Assembly: GCA_028275425.1 (NCBI GenBank)
Contig: JAPWUT010000001.1
Coordinates: forward strand, 1-34,642
Direction of reading: 5' to 3'
Source: Anaerolineae bacterium
GTDB lineage: Bacteria; Chloroflexota; Anaerolineae; SpSt-600
DNA length: 34,642 nucleotides
Part shown: positions 1-8,258 of the stretch, piece after piece
Layout: the number at the start of each line of letters is the position of its first letter
Position numbering within the stretch: the first letter of the stretch is position 1
Program-made: the position numbers and the translations under genes
Notes under the pieces: model-generated
The model's input: the letters and a program-made list of their open reading frames with translations, nothing else
Databases searched by the model: none
Told to the model about the DNA's origin: nothing

Positions 1-1
1 T

Positions 2-112
2 GCCCTGGAAAAGGTTGAAGAGCTCCAGGAAAAGGGCAAGAAGATTATTGAAGAGGGGAAGGAAGTAGCGGCCCAGAGGCGCGAAGAGCTCCTTAAGAAA
101 CTTGGGGCGTAG
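2..112 (+). CDS. 3' end of an off-window CDS; charged coiled-coil-like C-terminus, product unknown
   Basis: The frame is open from the window edge (..ALEKVEELQEKGKKIIEEGKEVAAQRREELLKKLGA) and ends at TAG 110-112. It is not in the ORF track because its start is off-window. The next gene starts 4 nt later. Confidence 0.35.
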   Translation, partial: ALEKVEELQEKGKKIIEEGKEVAAQRREELLKKLGA

Positions 113-115
113 AAC

Positions 116-2113
116 TTGAAGCTCCTTAAGCTTTTAGGGGAAAACTTCTCAGGCCCCCTTGCCCTCAATTTCCTGGAAAGGATAAGCTCCTACCACCGGA
201 TTCAGGCCAGCCCTGGCTTCCGAGAGGCAGCCAATTTTTGCCTGCAAACGCTTAGGGAAGCCGGATTAAAAGCTCACCTTTTATCCTACCCCGCCCAAGA
301 GGGGGTCTACTTCTGGTCCCTACCTTCCTTCCAGGAGTGGGAGGCAAAGGAAGCCTGGTGCTACCTGGAAGAACCCCGCGAAGAAGCCTGCAAACTTGCC
401 GACTTTGCCGAAAACCCAATATCCCTAATCCAGCGCAGTGCCCCCTTTGAAGGTAAGGCCGAAGTAATCCTCCTGGAAAACGGTGAAAACTTGGAAGACT
501 ACCAAGGCCTTGACCTCGGCGGGAAAATAGTCCTTACCAGTGGGGAGGTGAGCAGGGTCCAGAAGCTGGCAGTGGAGAAATTTGGAGCAGTAGGAATCCT
601 CTACGATGGAATGAGGTCCCTCCCGCCTGTGCGGGAGAGGATGGATTTGCCCGATGCCCGACAGTATACCTCTTTCTGGTGGGAAGCCGGGGAGAAAAAG
701 TGCTTCGGCTTTGTCCTCACCCCTCGCCAGGGGGAAAAGCTCAGGAGCCTGCTCAAGCAAGGCCAAAAAGTTACGGTGAAAGTTAAAGTGGACTCTCGCT
801 TCTACGATGGCTCCTTTGAGGTGGTGGAAGCAACAATCCCCGGCCTGACCGATGAATGGATACTCGTGGTCTCCCACCTCTGCCACCCGCACCCCTCGGC
901 TAACGATAACGCTTCAGGGGCAGCGGTGGCCATGGAAGCGGCCATTGTCCTCTCGCAGCTAATCCGTGAAGGCTCTCTGCCTAAGCCCAAGCGGGGAATC
1001 TTGTTCCTCCTCGTCCCTGAAATCACCGGCACTTACGCTTACCTTTCCTCCCACGAGGACTTAATCCCCAAAATTAAAGCCGGACTAAACCTGGACATGG
1101 TCGGCCAGAACCAGGAACTCTGCCGGAGCAACCTACTTATAGAGTGCCCGCCAGCTTCTTGCCCAACTTTTACCCCCTACCTCCTGGCCTGGCTTATGGA
1201 AGAGCTGGGAGCTGAAACCACCGCTTTCTCCGGAGTCGGAAAATTCCCCCTCTTCCGCTGGAACATCTCCCCCTTCTCCGGAGGGAGCGACCACTACATC
1301 CTCTCCGACCCGACCGTTGGCATCCCTACGCCCATGATAATCCAGTGGCCGGACCGCTTCTACCATACTGACCAGGATAAACCAGATAAGGCTGACCCGA
1401 AAATGCTTTGGAGGGTTGGCACAATAGCTTCTGCCTGCGTTTACCTCTTAGCCAATGCCTCCAGGGAAGAGCTCACAACCATCGGCTACAAGGTCTTAGC
1501 TAAGTTGGAAGGGGAACTTTCGGAGACTGCTTCTGAAGGGGCTGTTAAGATAAGCGAATCGGAAAGCCCCCAGGACTTAGCCTTGGCTGTGACAAGTGCC
1601 AAAGAGCGCCTGGATTTCCGAAGGGAAGTTGGACTTAAGGCCATTGAGCACTTCGCTAACCTCTGGCCCGAAGAAAACTGGCTTGTGGAGAACCTCCGGA
1701 AATGGCTTGACCAGCACTATCAGGCCGCGAAGCGCAAGCTTGAAGAATTGGCTACGGTCAGAGCCAAGCAGCTCGGCCTTGAGGCCATCCCGGAAATCCC
1801 TCCTCCGGAGCTGGACCAAACCCTTCGCCTTGTCCCGGTTCGCCTCCACAAAGGCCCCCCGGCCGATGGGGAAATAAGGAGGCGAATTTACTCCTTGCCG
1901 GAAGAAGAGGCTGAGCGCTGGTACAAGCTGAACAAAGAGCAAGGGAACAAACGCTACATCTTGCCCGTCCTGGCTCTGTACTGGGCCGATGGCCGTCGCT
2001 CCTTGGCCGAAATCCTGAAGCTGGTGGAACTGGAGAGCGGCCTTGAGGCCAGGGATTTCCTGGTAGAATACTTCCGTTTCCTGGAGAAAACAGGGTTTTT
2101 GGAGCTGAGGTAG
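116..2113 (+). CDS. M28-like aminopeptidase-fold protein (DUF4910/DUF2172-type) with a winged-helix-like C-terminal tail
   Basis: 665-aa ORF with a TTG start. The block HLCHPHPSANDNASGAAVAMEAA and LNLDMVG resemble the metal-site region of the aminopeptidase-like DUF4910 group as I recall it. The C-terminus ..LALYWADGRRSLAEILKLVELESG..FLEKTGFLEL looks wHTH-like. Confidence 0.7.
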   Translation: MKLLKLLGENFSGPLALNFLERISSYHRIQASPGFREAANFCLQTLREAGLKAHLLSYPAQEGVYFWSLPSFQEWEAKEAWCYLEEPREEACKLADFAENPISLIQRSAPFEGKAEVILLENGENLEDYQGLDLGGKIVLTSGEVSRVQKLAVEKFGAVGILYDGMRSLPPVRERMDLPDARQYTSFWWEAGEKKCFGFVLTPRQGEKLRSLLKQGQKVTVKVKVDSRFYDGSFEVVEATIPGLTDEWILVVSHLCHPHPSANDNASGAAVAMEAAIVLSQLIREGSLPKPKRGILFLLVPEITGTYAYLSSHEDLIPKIKAGLNLDMVGQNQELCRSNLLIECPPASCPTFTPYLLAWLMEELGAETTAFSGVGKFPLFRWNISPFSGGSDHYILSDPTVGIPTPMIIQWPDRFYHTDQDKPDKADPKMLWRVGTIASACVYLLANASREELTTIGYKVLAKLEGELSETASEGAVKISESESPQDLALAVTSAKERLDFRREVGLKAIEHFANLWPEENWLVENLRKWLDQHYQAAKRKLEELATVRAKQLGLEAIPEIPPPELDQTLRLVPVRLHKGPPADGEIRRRIYSLPEEEAERWYKLNKEQGNKRYILPVLALYWADGRRSLAEILKLVELESGLEARDFLVEYFRFLEKTGFLELR

Positions 2114-3235
2114 ATGTACATCCGGCGTTACAGGAAACGCCGTTCCTCAAGATGGTGGATATTCCTCCTGGTCATCCTGGCCTTAGGAGCCTTCTATTTC
2201 TCAAGCAAAAAGCCGGCAATTTCCCTGATTCCGAGGTTCGGCCCTACCCCGACCCCTACCCCCTCGGCTCAGCAGTTCATCCAAGAGGGGGAGAAGGCCT
2301 GGAGCGAAGGGCGGCTGAAGGAAGCCTTCTCCCAATACTCAAAAGCCCTGAACCTTGAACCCGATAACTTCCAGGCCCTCTTGCGCCGCTCCCAAATCTT
2401 GGTTTTTCTGGGGCGAGCTAAGGAGGCCGTGGAAGATGCCAAGCGTGCCCTTGCCCTCAAGCCCGATTCCCCTGAAGCCATAGCTGGCCTCTGCCTGGCC
2501 TTGAACTGGGCAGGGCAGATTGACGAAGCTTTTGAAACCTGCGTAAAAGGGGTAAGCCTTTACCCCCAGAACCCAATCCTGCGAGCTTACCTGGCCGAAA
2601 CCTACATTGATAAGTCCAACTGGGACAGAGCCAATGAGGAGATAAACGCCGCCCTCTCCCTTGCCCCCGATGACCCCGAAGTCTTGAGGGTTTACGGCTA
2701 CATCCTGGAGAAGCAGGGGAAGTACCGTCAGGCCCTTGAAGCCTACCTCAAAGCCCAGGAACTGACCCCCCACCTGTATCACCTTTACATTCGGGTGGGG
2801 AACCTTTACATAATCCTCAAAAAGTGGGATGAAGCTTTGGCCCAGTTCAACAAGGCTGTGGAAATAGCTCCGGATTTGCCTATGCCTTACGATGCCTTGG
2901 GCTGGGGATACTACCAGCTAAAGGACCTGGACAGGGCCGAAGTGGAGCTAAAGAAAGCCATAGAGATAGACCCCGATTACGGTCCCGCATACGGCCACCT
3001 CGGGGTTGTTTACTACGTCCAGCGCAAGTATGAGGACGCTATACCCAATTTTGAAAGGGCGATAGAGCTTGGGGTAAAATCTGTGGAATATTACTACGAA
3101 CTTGGCCTCTCCTACGTCTTCCTCGGCTTATGCGACCAAGCGCTCCCCTGGTTGGAGAAGGCTTTGGAAATAGACCCGTATTCGGAGCCGGCCCTTTGGG
3201 GCCTTTCCCAGTGCCAGGCTCCAAAGAAAAAATGA
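2114..3235 (+). CDS. Membrane-anchored tetratricopeptide (TPR) repeat protein
   Basis: The ATG directly abuts the preceding stop. The N-terminus is basic, followed by a hydrophobic helix (RWWIFLLVILALGAFYF). Many 34-aa TPR-like units follow (..AxxxYxKALELxPDxxxA.. repeated, e.g. KALNLEPDNFQAL, RALALKPDSPEAI, KAIEIDPDYGPAY). Confidence 0.85.
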   Translation: MYIRRYRKRRSSRWWIFLLVILALGAFYFSSKKPAISLIPRFGPTPTPTPSAQQFIQEGEKAWSEGRLKEAFSQYSKALNLEPDNFQALLRRSQILVFLGRAKEAVEDAKRALALKPDSPEAIAGLCLALNWAGQIDEAFETCVKGVSLYPQNPILRAYLAETYIDKSNWDRANEEINAALSLAPDDPEVLRVYGYILEKQGKYRQALEAYLKAQELTPHLYHLYIRVGNLYIILKKWDEALAQFNKAVEIAPDLPMPYDALGWGYYQLKDLDRAEVELKKAIEIDPDYGPAYGHLGVVYYVQRKYEDAIPNFERAIELGVKSVEYYYELGLSYVFLGLCDQALPWLEKALEIDPYSEPALWGLSQCQAPKKK

Positions 3236-4044
3236 AGCTCTACTTCCCCGATAAGCCTGTCCCCCCTGATTCTCCAGCCTATGTAGAGCGCCCTGCCGAC
3301 ATCAAAGCCCGCCATTTGGTCCTCCAAGGCACCCCTGTTTACTTATCAGGTCCTCCGCTGACCGGCAAGACCTCCCTCCTCTTCCGCCTCGGATACCTGC
3401 TTTTAGCCCAAGGCCTTTCCTTCTTTTACCTCAAACTGACCCCAGAACTTGCCCCGAGCGATTTAGAAGCCTTCTTGGAAGATTGCCTCCGAGCTAAGGG
3501 CAATAGCCTAATCGCTATTGATGGCCTTGGGGAAAACGCCGAGGCCTATTTAGATGTACTCAAGCGCTGGCTTTACCGCCACTCCGGCTCTTTTTTAGTG
3601 GTAGCCGAGACTTTCCATCCCTACCCTGGTGAGGTTGCGCCTTTAGTTGAGATATCCCTCAGCTTCTTCTACAAGCCGCACATATTGCAACTGGTAAACC
3701 TCTTAGGCTTAGGCCAGGAAACTGCGGAGGAACTTTACCGCTGGAGCGGGGGCTATCCTTACATTGCCCACAACCTATGTGCAGCTTTAGCCGAGGGCAA
3801 AGAGCTAAAGGAGGCAGTAGAAAACTTCAAGCGGGAAGACCGAAAACTTTTACCACTCCTGAAAGAAGCCCTTTTAAACGTTCCGGAGGCCTCTGAGCTT
3901 TACCGGCGAATCCTGCAAGGCGAGCAAATTCTCCATCGCCGGATTACCCACCTCTTCCGGGAAGCTCCTTCCCTGCGTGGCCTATTCAGGAGCGATGAGA
4001 AGGGCTACGTGCGCCTTTCCTCCCCCATCCTGAGCTCCCTCTAA
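3232..4044 (+). CDS. Small P-loop (AAA-like) ATPase domain protein
   Basis: The track ORF starts at 3130 inside the TPR gene. ATG 3232 overlaps the TPR stop (ATGA, 3232-3235), which suggests coupling. Walker-A-like GPPLTGKTS is present, and a hydrophobic strand ending in D (LIAIDGLG) is Walker-B-like. Confidence 0.6.
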   Translation: MKLYFPDKPVPPDSPAYVERPADIKARHLVLQGTPVYLSGPPLTGKTSLLFRLGYLLLAQGLSFFYLKLTPELAPSDLEAFLEDCLRAKGNSLIAIDGLGENAEAYLDVLKRWLYRHSGSFLVVAETFHPYPGEVAPLVEISLSFFYKPHILQLVNLLGLGQETAEELYRWSGGYPYIAHNLCAALAEGKELKEAVENFKREDRKLLPLLKEALLNVPEASELYRRILQGEQILHRRITHLFREAPSLRGLFRSDEKGYVRLSSPILSSL

Positions 4045-4150
4045 TCCGGGTACATCCCACCAGAGGGCAAGCAGCCCACCGCTGCTAACCCGCCCACGAA
4101 GGTAGGAAGGGGGGTCCAGGGGGCGTGCCTTTTCTGACCTAACCCCCTGA

Positions 4151-4175
4151 CCCCCTTCCCTGCGAGGGAAGGGGG
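4151..4175. repeat. Perfect 11-bp-stem hairpin CCCCCTTCCCT-GCG-AGGGAAGGGGG (element A), copy 1
   Basis: Read directly from the sequence. The same hairpin with similar flanks recurs inverted at 6467-6491. Here it lies about 110 nt after the ATPase stop and before the repeat array. Confidence 0.8.
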
Positions 4176-4213
4176 AAAATTTGGCGGGGTTCTCCGGAGA
4201 GGTTAACCCCCAA

Positions 4214-5008
4214 AACGTTGGCAAACCCTAAGCCAACGGGGGTGGGCCAAACGGGGGTGGAGGGGGCAGAGCCCCCTCCCAGGGGGCTTGGGGGGTGTCC
4301 CCCCACGAAACCAAAAGAGGGGGCGAGTAGCCCACATTAGCAACCCCGCCACGAGTGGGACCCAGAACGCTGGCGAACCCTCAGCCTACGGGGGTGGGCA
4401 ATGGGGGGTCCAGGGGGGCGGAGCCCCCATGGCGGGGGGCTTGGGGGGTGTCCCCCCACAAATTCAAAAGAGGGAACGAGTCGCCCGCATTAGCAACCCC
4501 GCCCACGAGTGGGACCCAAAACCCTGGCAAACCCTCAGCCCACGGGGTTGGGCAAATGAGGGTCCAGGGGGCGCAAGCCCCATGGCGGGGGGCCGTGGGG
4601 GGTGTCTCCCCACAAAACCAAAATTAGGGGCGAGTTGTCCGCATTAGCAACCCCGCCCACGAGTGGGACCCAAAACCCTGGCAAACCCTCAGCCCACGGG
4701 GGTGGGTAAATGGGGGTCCAGGGGGGGCGAAGCCCCCCTGGCGGGGGCGTGGGGGGTGTCCCCCCACAAAACCAAAAGAGGGGGCGAGTAGCCCGCATTA
4801 GCAACCACGCTACGAGTGGGGCCAAAAACGCTGGCGAACCCTCAGCCCACGGGGGTGGGTAAATGGGGGTCCAGGGGGCGCAAGCCCCCTGGCAGGGGGC
4901 GTGGGGGGTGTCCCCCCACAAACTAAAGGGAGCGAGTAGCCAACCCCGGCAACCCGCCCACGAGTGGGGCCAAAAACGCCGGCGAATCCTAAGCCAACGA
5001 GGGTGGGC
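4214..5008 (+). repeat. Tandem array (about 5 units) of a structured ~153-154-bp repeat (element B)
   Basis: The marker ATTAGCAACC recurs at 4336, 4489, 4643 and 4797, giving a period of 153/154/154. Each unit carries hairpin CCAGGGGGC-GCAA-GCCCCCTGG (perfect at 4871-4892) and hairpin GGGGGG-TGT-CCCCCC. The array starts and ends with the variant ..CCTAAGCCAACG(G/A)GGGTGGG. It fills the space between two convergent genes. Confidence 0.9.
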
Positions 5009-5016
5009 AAAAGAAG

Positions 5017-6108
5017 TTAATCCCCCTCCGAAAAATCCCCGATGGACACGAAAAAACGTGGGGTTACCTCTGGAACAAGCTCCTGGATTCTGGCTGCTAT
5101 GACTTCAAATTCCTCAAGGTGATATTCCTCTACCCGGCCTTCATCGCAAAGCTTGGCTATCTCCGGGTCAATCGGTATCTTAGCCAAGAGGGGAACTTTT
5201 AACTCCTTGGCTATCTCTTCGCCCTTGCTTGGCCCAAATAGCTCCCACCGCATTCCAGTATCGGGGCATATGGCATAACTCATGTTCTCCACAACCCCGA
5301 TTATAGGCACCTGGAGATGCTTAGCCATCTGCATCGCCTTCTTCACTATCACCCGAACCAACTCCTGAGGTGATGTAACTAAGATTACCCCGTTGAGCGG
5401 CAAGGCTTGCATCACAGTTAAAGAAGCATCGGCGGTGCCGGGGGGAAGGTCCACAACCATGTAATCCAGTTCTCCCCAGAAGACATCGCCCCAGAACTGC
5501 TGGATAGCTCTGGAGATGAGGGGGCCTCTCCAGATTACTGCATCTTCCTCCCTAAGCAGGAAAAGGCCAATGGACATAACCTTTATCCCAGTGGAGCTGG
5601 TCGGTGGTATTATCCCCATGGGAGCGGGGATTGGCTTATCCTTTACCCCTAAGATTTTGGGTATGCTTGGGCCGGTGATATCGGCATCCATTATCCCCAC
5701 CCGATAGTTCTGACGACGCAGGTGAGTAGCCAGAAGCGCTGCTACGAGGGATTTCCCAACCCCCCCTTTCCCGCTCATCACCGCTATCACCTTCCCTATG
5801 CTATTGAACCTCTTAGCTACACCTTCCTCCGGCGTGAGCGAGTCCAAGAGGGCCTTCTTCTCCTCCGGGCTCATTTCGGTCAGGATTACTTCTACTTCCC
5901 TAACGCCTTCTACTTGCTCCAAGGCTTCTTTTACATCATTGGCCAACCTTTCCCGCAAGGGGCAAGCCAAGGTGGTGAGGGCCAGGGTTACTTTCACCTT
6001 TCCTTCTTCCTCCTCAAGCCCTCTAACCATCTTCAACTCCACGATACTCTTCCCCAATTCGGGGTCATACACCTTTTGCAGAGCTTCCCAAAGTGGTTCC
6101 TTGCCCAT
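5017..6108 (-). CDS. mrp: Mrp/NBP35 (ApbC) family Fe-S cluster carrier ATPase with N-terminal DUF59/MIP18-like domain
   Basis: Deviant Walker A MSGKGGVGKS and the typical ..VVDLPPGTGD-like DLPPGTAD are present. The N-terminus VYDPELGKSIVELKMV is DUF59-like. The start was moved to ATG 6108 (MGKEPLWE..), which is preceded by AGGGGGAG; the track start at 6150 has no RBS. Confidence 0.9.
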   Translation of the reverse strand: MGKEPLWEALQKVYDPELGKSIVELKMVRGLEEEEGKVKVTLALTTLACPLRERLANDVKEALEQVEGVREVEVILTEMSPEEKKALLDSLTPEEGVAKRFNSIGKVIAVMSGKGGVGKSLVAALLATHLRRQNYRVGIMDADITGPSIPKILGVKDKPIPAPMGIIPPTSSTGIKVMSIGLFLLREEDAVIWRGPLISRAIQQFWGDVFWGELDYMVVDLPPGTADASLTVMQALPLNGVILVTSPQELVRVIVKKAMQMAKHLQVPIIGVVENMSYAICPDTGMRWELFGPSKGEEIAKELKVPLLAKIPIDPEIAKLCDEGRVEEYHLEEFEVIAARIQELVPEVTPRFFVSIGDFSEGD

Positions 6109-6140
6109 ATAGCTCCCCCTTTTCAAGGTTCTTTGCCCAT

Positions 6141-6169
6141 AGTGTACCACGGCAAGCAGCTCCCGTCAA
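6141..6169 (-). promoter_or_regulatory. Putative sigma70 promoter of mrp
   Basis: The minus strand reads TTGACG, a 17-nt spacer, then TACACT, about 30 nt upstream of ATG 6108. Confidence 0.45.
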
Positions 6170-6238
6170 ACCACAGCGTTTCGGTGATATGTTCAGCCTC
6201 TCTGGCTAAAGGCCCAAACCCCGAAATATTTCCCTTTT

Positions 6239-6423
6239 CCCACCCTCGTAGGCTTTGGGTTCGCCAGCGTGGTTGGGTCCCACTCAGGGCGGGGTTGCTA
6301 ATGTGGGCAGCTCGCCCCCTTTTTAAGGTTTCGTGGGGGGACATACCCAACGCCCCCCACCATGGGGCTTCGCTCCTTGGACCCCCTTTGCCACCCTCGT
6401 GGGCTGAGGGTTTGCCAGCGTTT
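6239..6423 (-). repeat. Single copy of repeat element B in inverted orientation
   Basis: The reverse complement aligns to the 4214-5008 units (..ACGCTGGCGAACCCAAAGCCTACGAGGGTGGG.. ..CATTAGCAACCCCGCCCTGAGTGGGACCCAACC..). The two hairpin segments are more degenerate than in the array. Confidence 0.8.
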
Positions 6424-6466
6424 TGTCTTTCTCCGAGGCAGAGAGAGGAAGGCCTCATCAATTTTT

Positions 6467-6491
6467 CCCCCTTCCCTGCGAGGGAAGGGGG
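6467..6491. repeat. Element A hairpin CCCCCTTCCCT-GCG-AGGGAAGGGGG, copy 2 (flanks inverted relative to copy 1)
   Basis: The hairpin is identical to copy 1. The flanks GGTCAAGGGGGTTAGGTC are the reverse complement of GACCTAACCCCCTGACC at 4137-4153. Confidence 0.8.
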
Positions 6492-6618
6492 GTCAAGGGG
6501 GTTAGGTCGGAGGGGCACATCCCCAACCGCTACGCCCGTACTCGGCGGAGGCCAACTACAGGCCAAGGGTCCAAAGAGGCTGACTATGGAATGCCATTGC
6601 GAGGGCACAAAGCGCCCG

Positions 6619-6650
6619 AAGCAATCTCCTCGCAGGCTGGGAGATTGCTT
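6619..6650 (-). terminator. 11-bp perfect hairpin 32 nt downstream of the era stop; possible terminator or RNA-stability element (no U-tract)
   Basis: AAGCAATCTCC, a 10-nt loop, then GGAGATTGCTT. No T-run follows on the minus strand, so it is not a canonical intrinsic terminator. Confidence 0.3.
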
Positions 6651-6681
6651 GGTCGTTTACGGCCCAAGCGAGAGGGGAAGC

Positions 6682-7587
6682 TTATACCTTAGGGGCAATG
6701 TAGCCTAAGCGGCGCAGTTCTTCCTCGTCCTTCCGCCAGCGCTTCCTAACTTTTACCCATAGCTCAAGGTAGACCTTGCGCCCAAGGATTAATTCCAATT
6801 CCCTGCGGGCAGCTTGGCCTATCTTCTTGAGCATGGCCCCATCTTTGCCGATAACTATTGCCTTCTGGGATTCTTTCTCCACAAAAATCGTCGCGCTTAT
6901 GTAGGAAAGGTCCTCCGAGCGATCCTTGAATTCATCTATCACTACCGCCACGGAGTGAGGAACTTCTTGGTGCAGGAAATGAAGGGCCTTTTCCCGGATG
7001 AGTTCAGCAGCAATAAAGCGTTCATCTACATCGGTTATCTGGTCCTCAGGGTAGTAGCGGGGGCCAGGAGGAAGGTAAGAGATGATGATGTCCCTGAGTT
7101 TGTCCAGATTGTCACCGGTAGTGGCGGAGATTAAAATCCAGTCCTTAAATTCCCCAAGGGCAAGGTAAGCCTCGGTGTGGGGCTTGACCTTGTCCGGGGT
7201 CAGAAGGTCCATCTTGTTCATGGCCAGGATTACCGGGCTTTTGCACCGCTCCTTTAGGGTCTGGGCTATGAGGCGGTCTTCATCATCCGGTAACTGCGAT
7301 ACATCCACCAGGAAGACTACTACGTCCGCATCCACTATTGCGGATATTGCGGTTTTGACCATGTACTCGCCAAGCTTGTGGAGGGGGTTGTGGATGCCTG
7401 GGGTGTCAACGAAGATTATCTGGGCGTTGGGTAGGGTTAAAATTCCCCGAATTTTGTGGCGGGTTGTCTGAGGCTTGGGCGATACTATGGCCACTTTCTG
7501 CCCCAGGTAGGCGTTCATAAGGGTTGATTTTCCCACATTCGGCTTGCCTATTATGGAGACAAAGCCCGAGCGATGCTCCATGCTCAT
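6682..7587 (-). CDS. era: GTPase Era
   Basis: G1 GKPNVGKST, G3 DTPG and G4 NKMD are present, with a C-terminal KH-like domain (..GKDGAMLKKIG..). The start ATG overlaps the yhhQ stop (ATGA). Confidence 0.93.
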   Translation of the reverse strand: MSMEHRSGFVSIIGKPNVGKSTLMNAYLGQKVAIVSPKPQTTRHKIRGILTLPNAQIIFVDTPGIHNPLHKLGEYMVKTAISAIVDADVVVFLVDVSQLPDDEDRLIAQTLKERCKSPVILAMNKMDLLTPDKVKPHTEAYLALGEFKDWILISATTGDNLDKLRDIIISYLPPGPRYYPEDQITDVDERFIAAELIREKALHFLHQEVPHSVAVVIDEFKDRSEDLSYISATIFVEKESQKAIVIGKDGAMLKKIGQAARRELELILGRKVYLELWVKVRKRWRKDEEELRRLGYIAPKV

Positions 7588-8258
7588 GCCTCTATCTTGA
7601 AGGGGTTGAAATCGGTGTCGTAATCAAAGTAGTCCTCCCTCTCAGCCCTTTTCAAGAAGTTCACAATCCGGTAGGTTACGGGGGTCATGATGGCTTCAAC
7701 GCCGCATTTGAACACGTAATTGGAGAGGATTACGCTTCCCAGGAGGGACCAAGGCAAGGCACCAGCGAAGGCTATGGAGCAGAAGAGGAGGGTATCAACC
7801 CCCTCCCCCACTAAAGTTGAGCCTATGGTCCTGGTCCAAAGCCACCGGCCCCGGGTCAGGATTTTCATTTTAGCCAGGGTGTAGGAGTTGGAGAATTCCC
7901 CGGCCCAGTAAGCTATGAGGCTTCCAAGGACGATTCGGGGGGTCATTCCGAGGATTTTTTCGTAGGCTTCTTGGTTTTCCCACCCGGGCGCCGGCGGCAG
8001 CACCCTTACTATGCTCAAGGTCAGGGCCATGAGGGCAGTGCAGAAGAAGCCCATCCATATGACCCGCCGGGACCGCCTGTATCCGTAGACTTCGGTTAGG
8101 ATGTCGCCGAAAATATAGGAGATGGGGAAGAGGATTGTGCCACCGTCAAAGGTGAATGGGCCAAGGAGCAAGATTTTGCTTGAGGCTATGTTGCTTATGA
8201 TTAGCACAGCCACGAAGAGAGCCATTATGAGGTCAAAGTAGCGGTAGCTCCTTTCCAT
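7584..8258 (-). CDS. yhhQ: Queuosine-precursor transporter (YhhQ/DUF165, VUT family) membrane protein
   Basis: 224-aa polytopic membrane protein. N-terminal YFDLIMALFVAVLIISNIASSKI..FDGGTILFPISYIFGDILTEVYGY matches the YhhQ family signature as I recall it. The start overlaps the upstream stop by 1 nt (TAATG). Confidence 0.8.
   Translation of the reverse strand: MERSYRYFDLIMALFVAVLIISNIASSKILLLGPFTFDGGTILFPISYIFGDILTEVYGYRRSRRVIWMGFFCTALMALTLSIVRVLPPAPGWENQEAYEKILGMTPRIVLGSLIAYWAGEFSNSYTLAKMKILTRGRWLWTRTIGSTLVGEGVDTLLFCSIAFAGALPWSLLGSVILSNYVFKCGVEAIMTPVTYRIVNFLKRAEREDYFDYDTDFNPFKIEA

Noticed and set aside
3130-3231. Upstream start (3130) for the ATPase gene; similarly 19740 for aor, 10498 for the Mo enzyme, 6150 for mrp, 26294 for cutA and 30255 for the LPXTG gene
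   Set aside because: Each extension overlaps the preceding gene or a promoter and lacks an RBS. In each case the internal ATG has a Shine-Dalgarno sequence and gives a family-typical N-terminus.
4151-4175. Element A hairpins (4151-4175, 6467-6491) as intrinsic terminators
   Set aside because: In the direction of upstream transcription each stem is followed by an A-run (AAAATTT or AAAAATT), not a U-tract, so they do not fit the canonical rho-independent model. Another RNA or DNA role remains possible.
4214-5008. Possible CRISPR array
   Set aside because: The period is about 153 bp, far longer than any repeat-plus-spacer unit. The whole unit is conserved between copies, so there are no variable spacers, and no cas genes are present in the window.
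4288-5102. Track ORFs inside the repeat array (4288..4647, 4355..4627, 4535..4921 minus, 4810..5010 minus, 4863..5102)
   Set aside because: They are mutually overlapping Gly/Pro/Trp-rich translations of the same 153-bp DNA repeat in several frames and on both strands. None has an RBS or start context, so they are repeat artefacts rather than genes.
5722-6708. 328-aa plus-strand ORF (and 5798..6112, 6123..6608 minus, 6423..6692)
   Set aside because: It runs antisense to the well-supported mrp gene and then through repeat copy 2. Its composition is not protein-like and it has no RBS.
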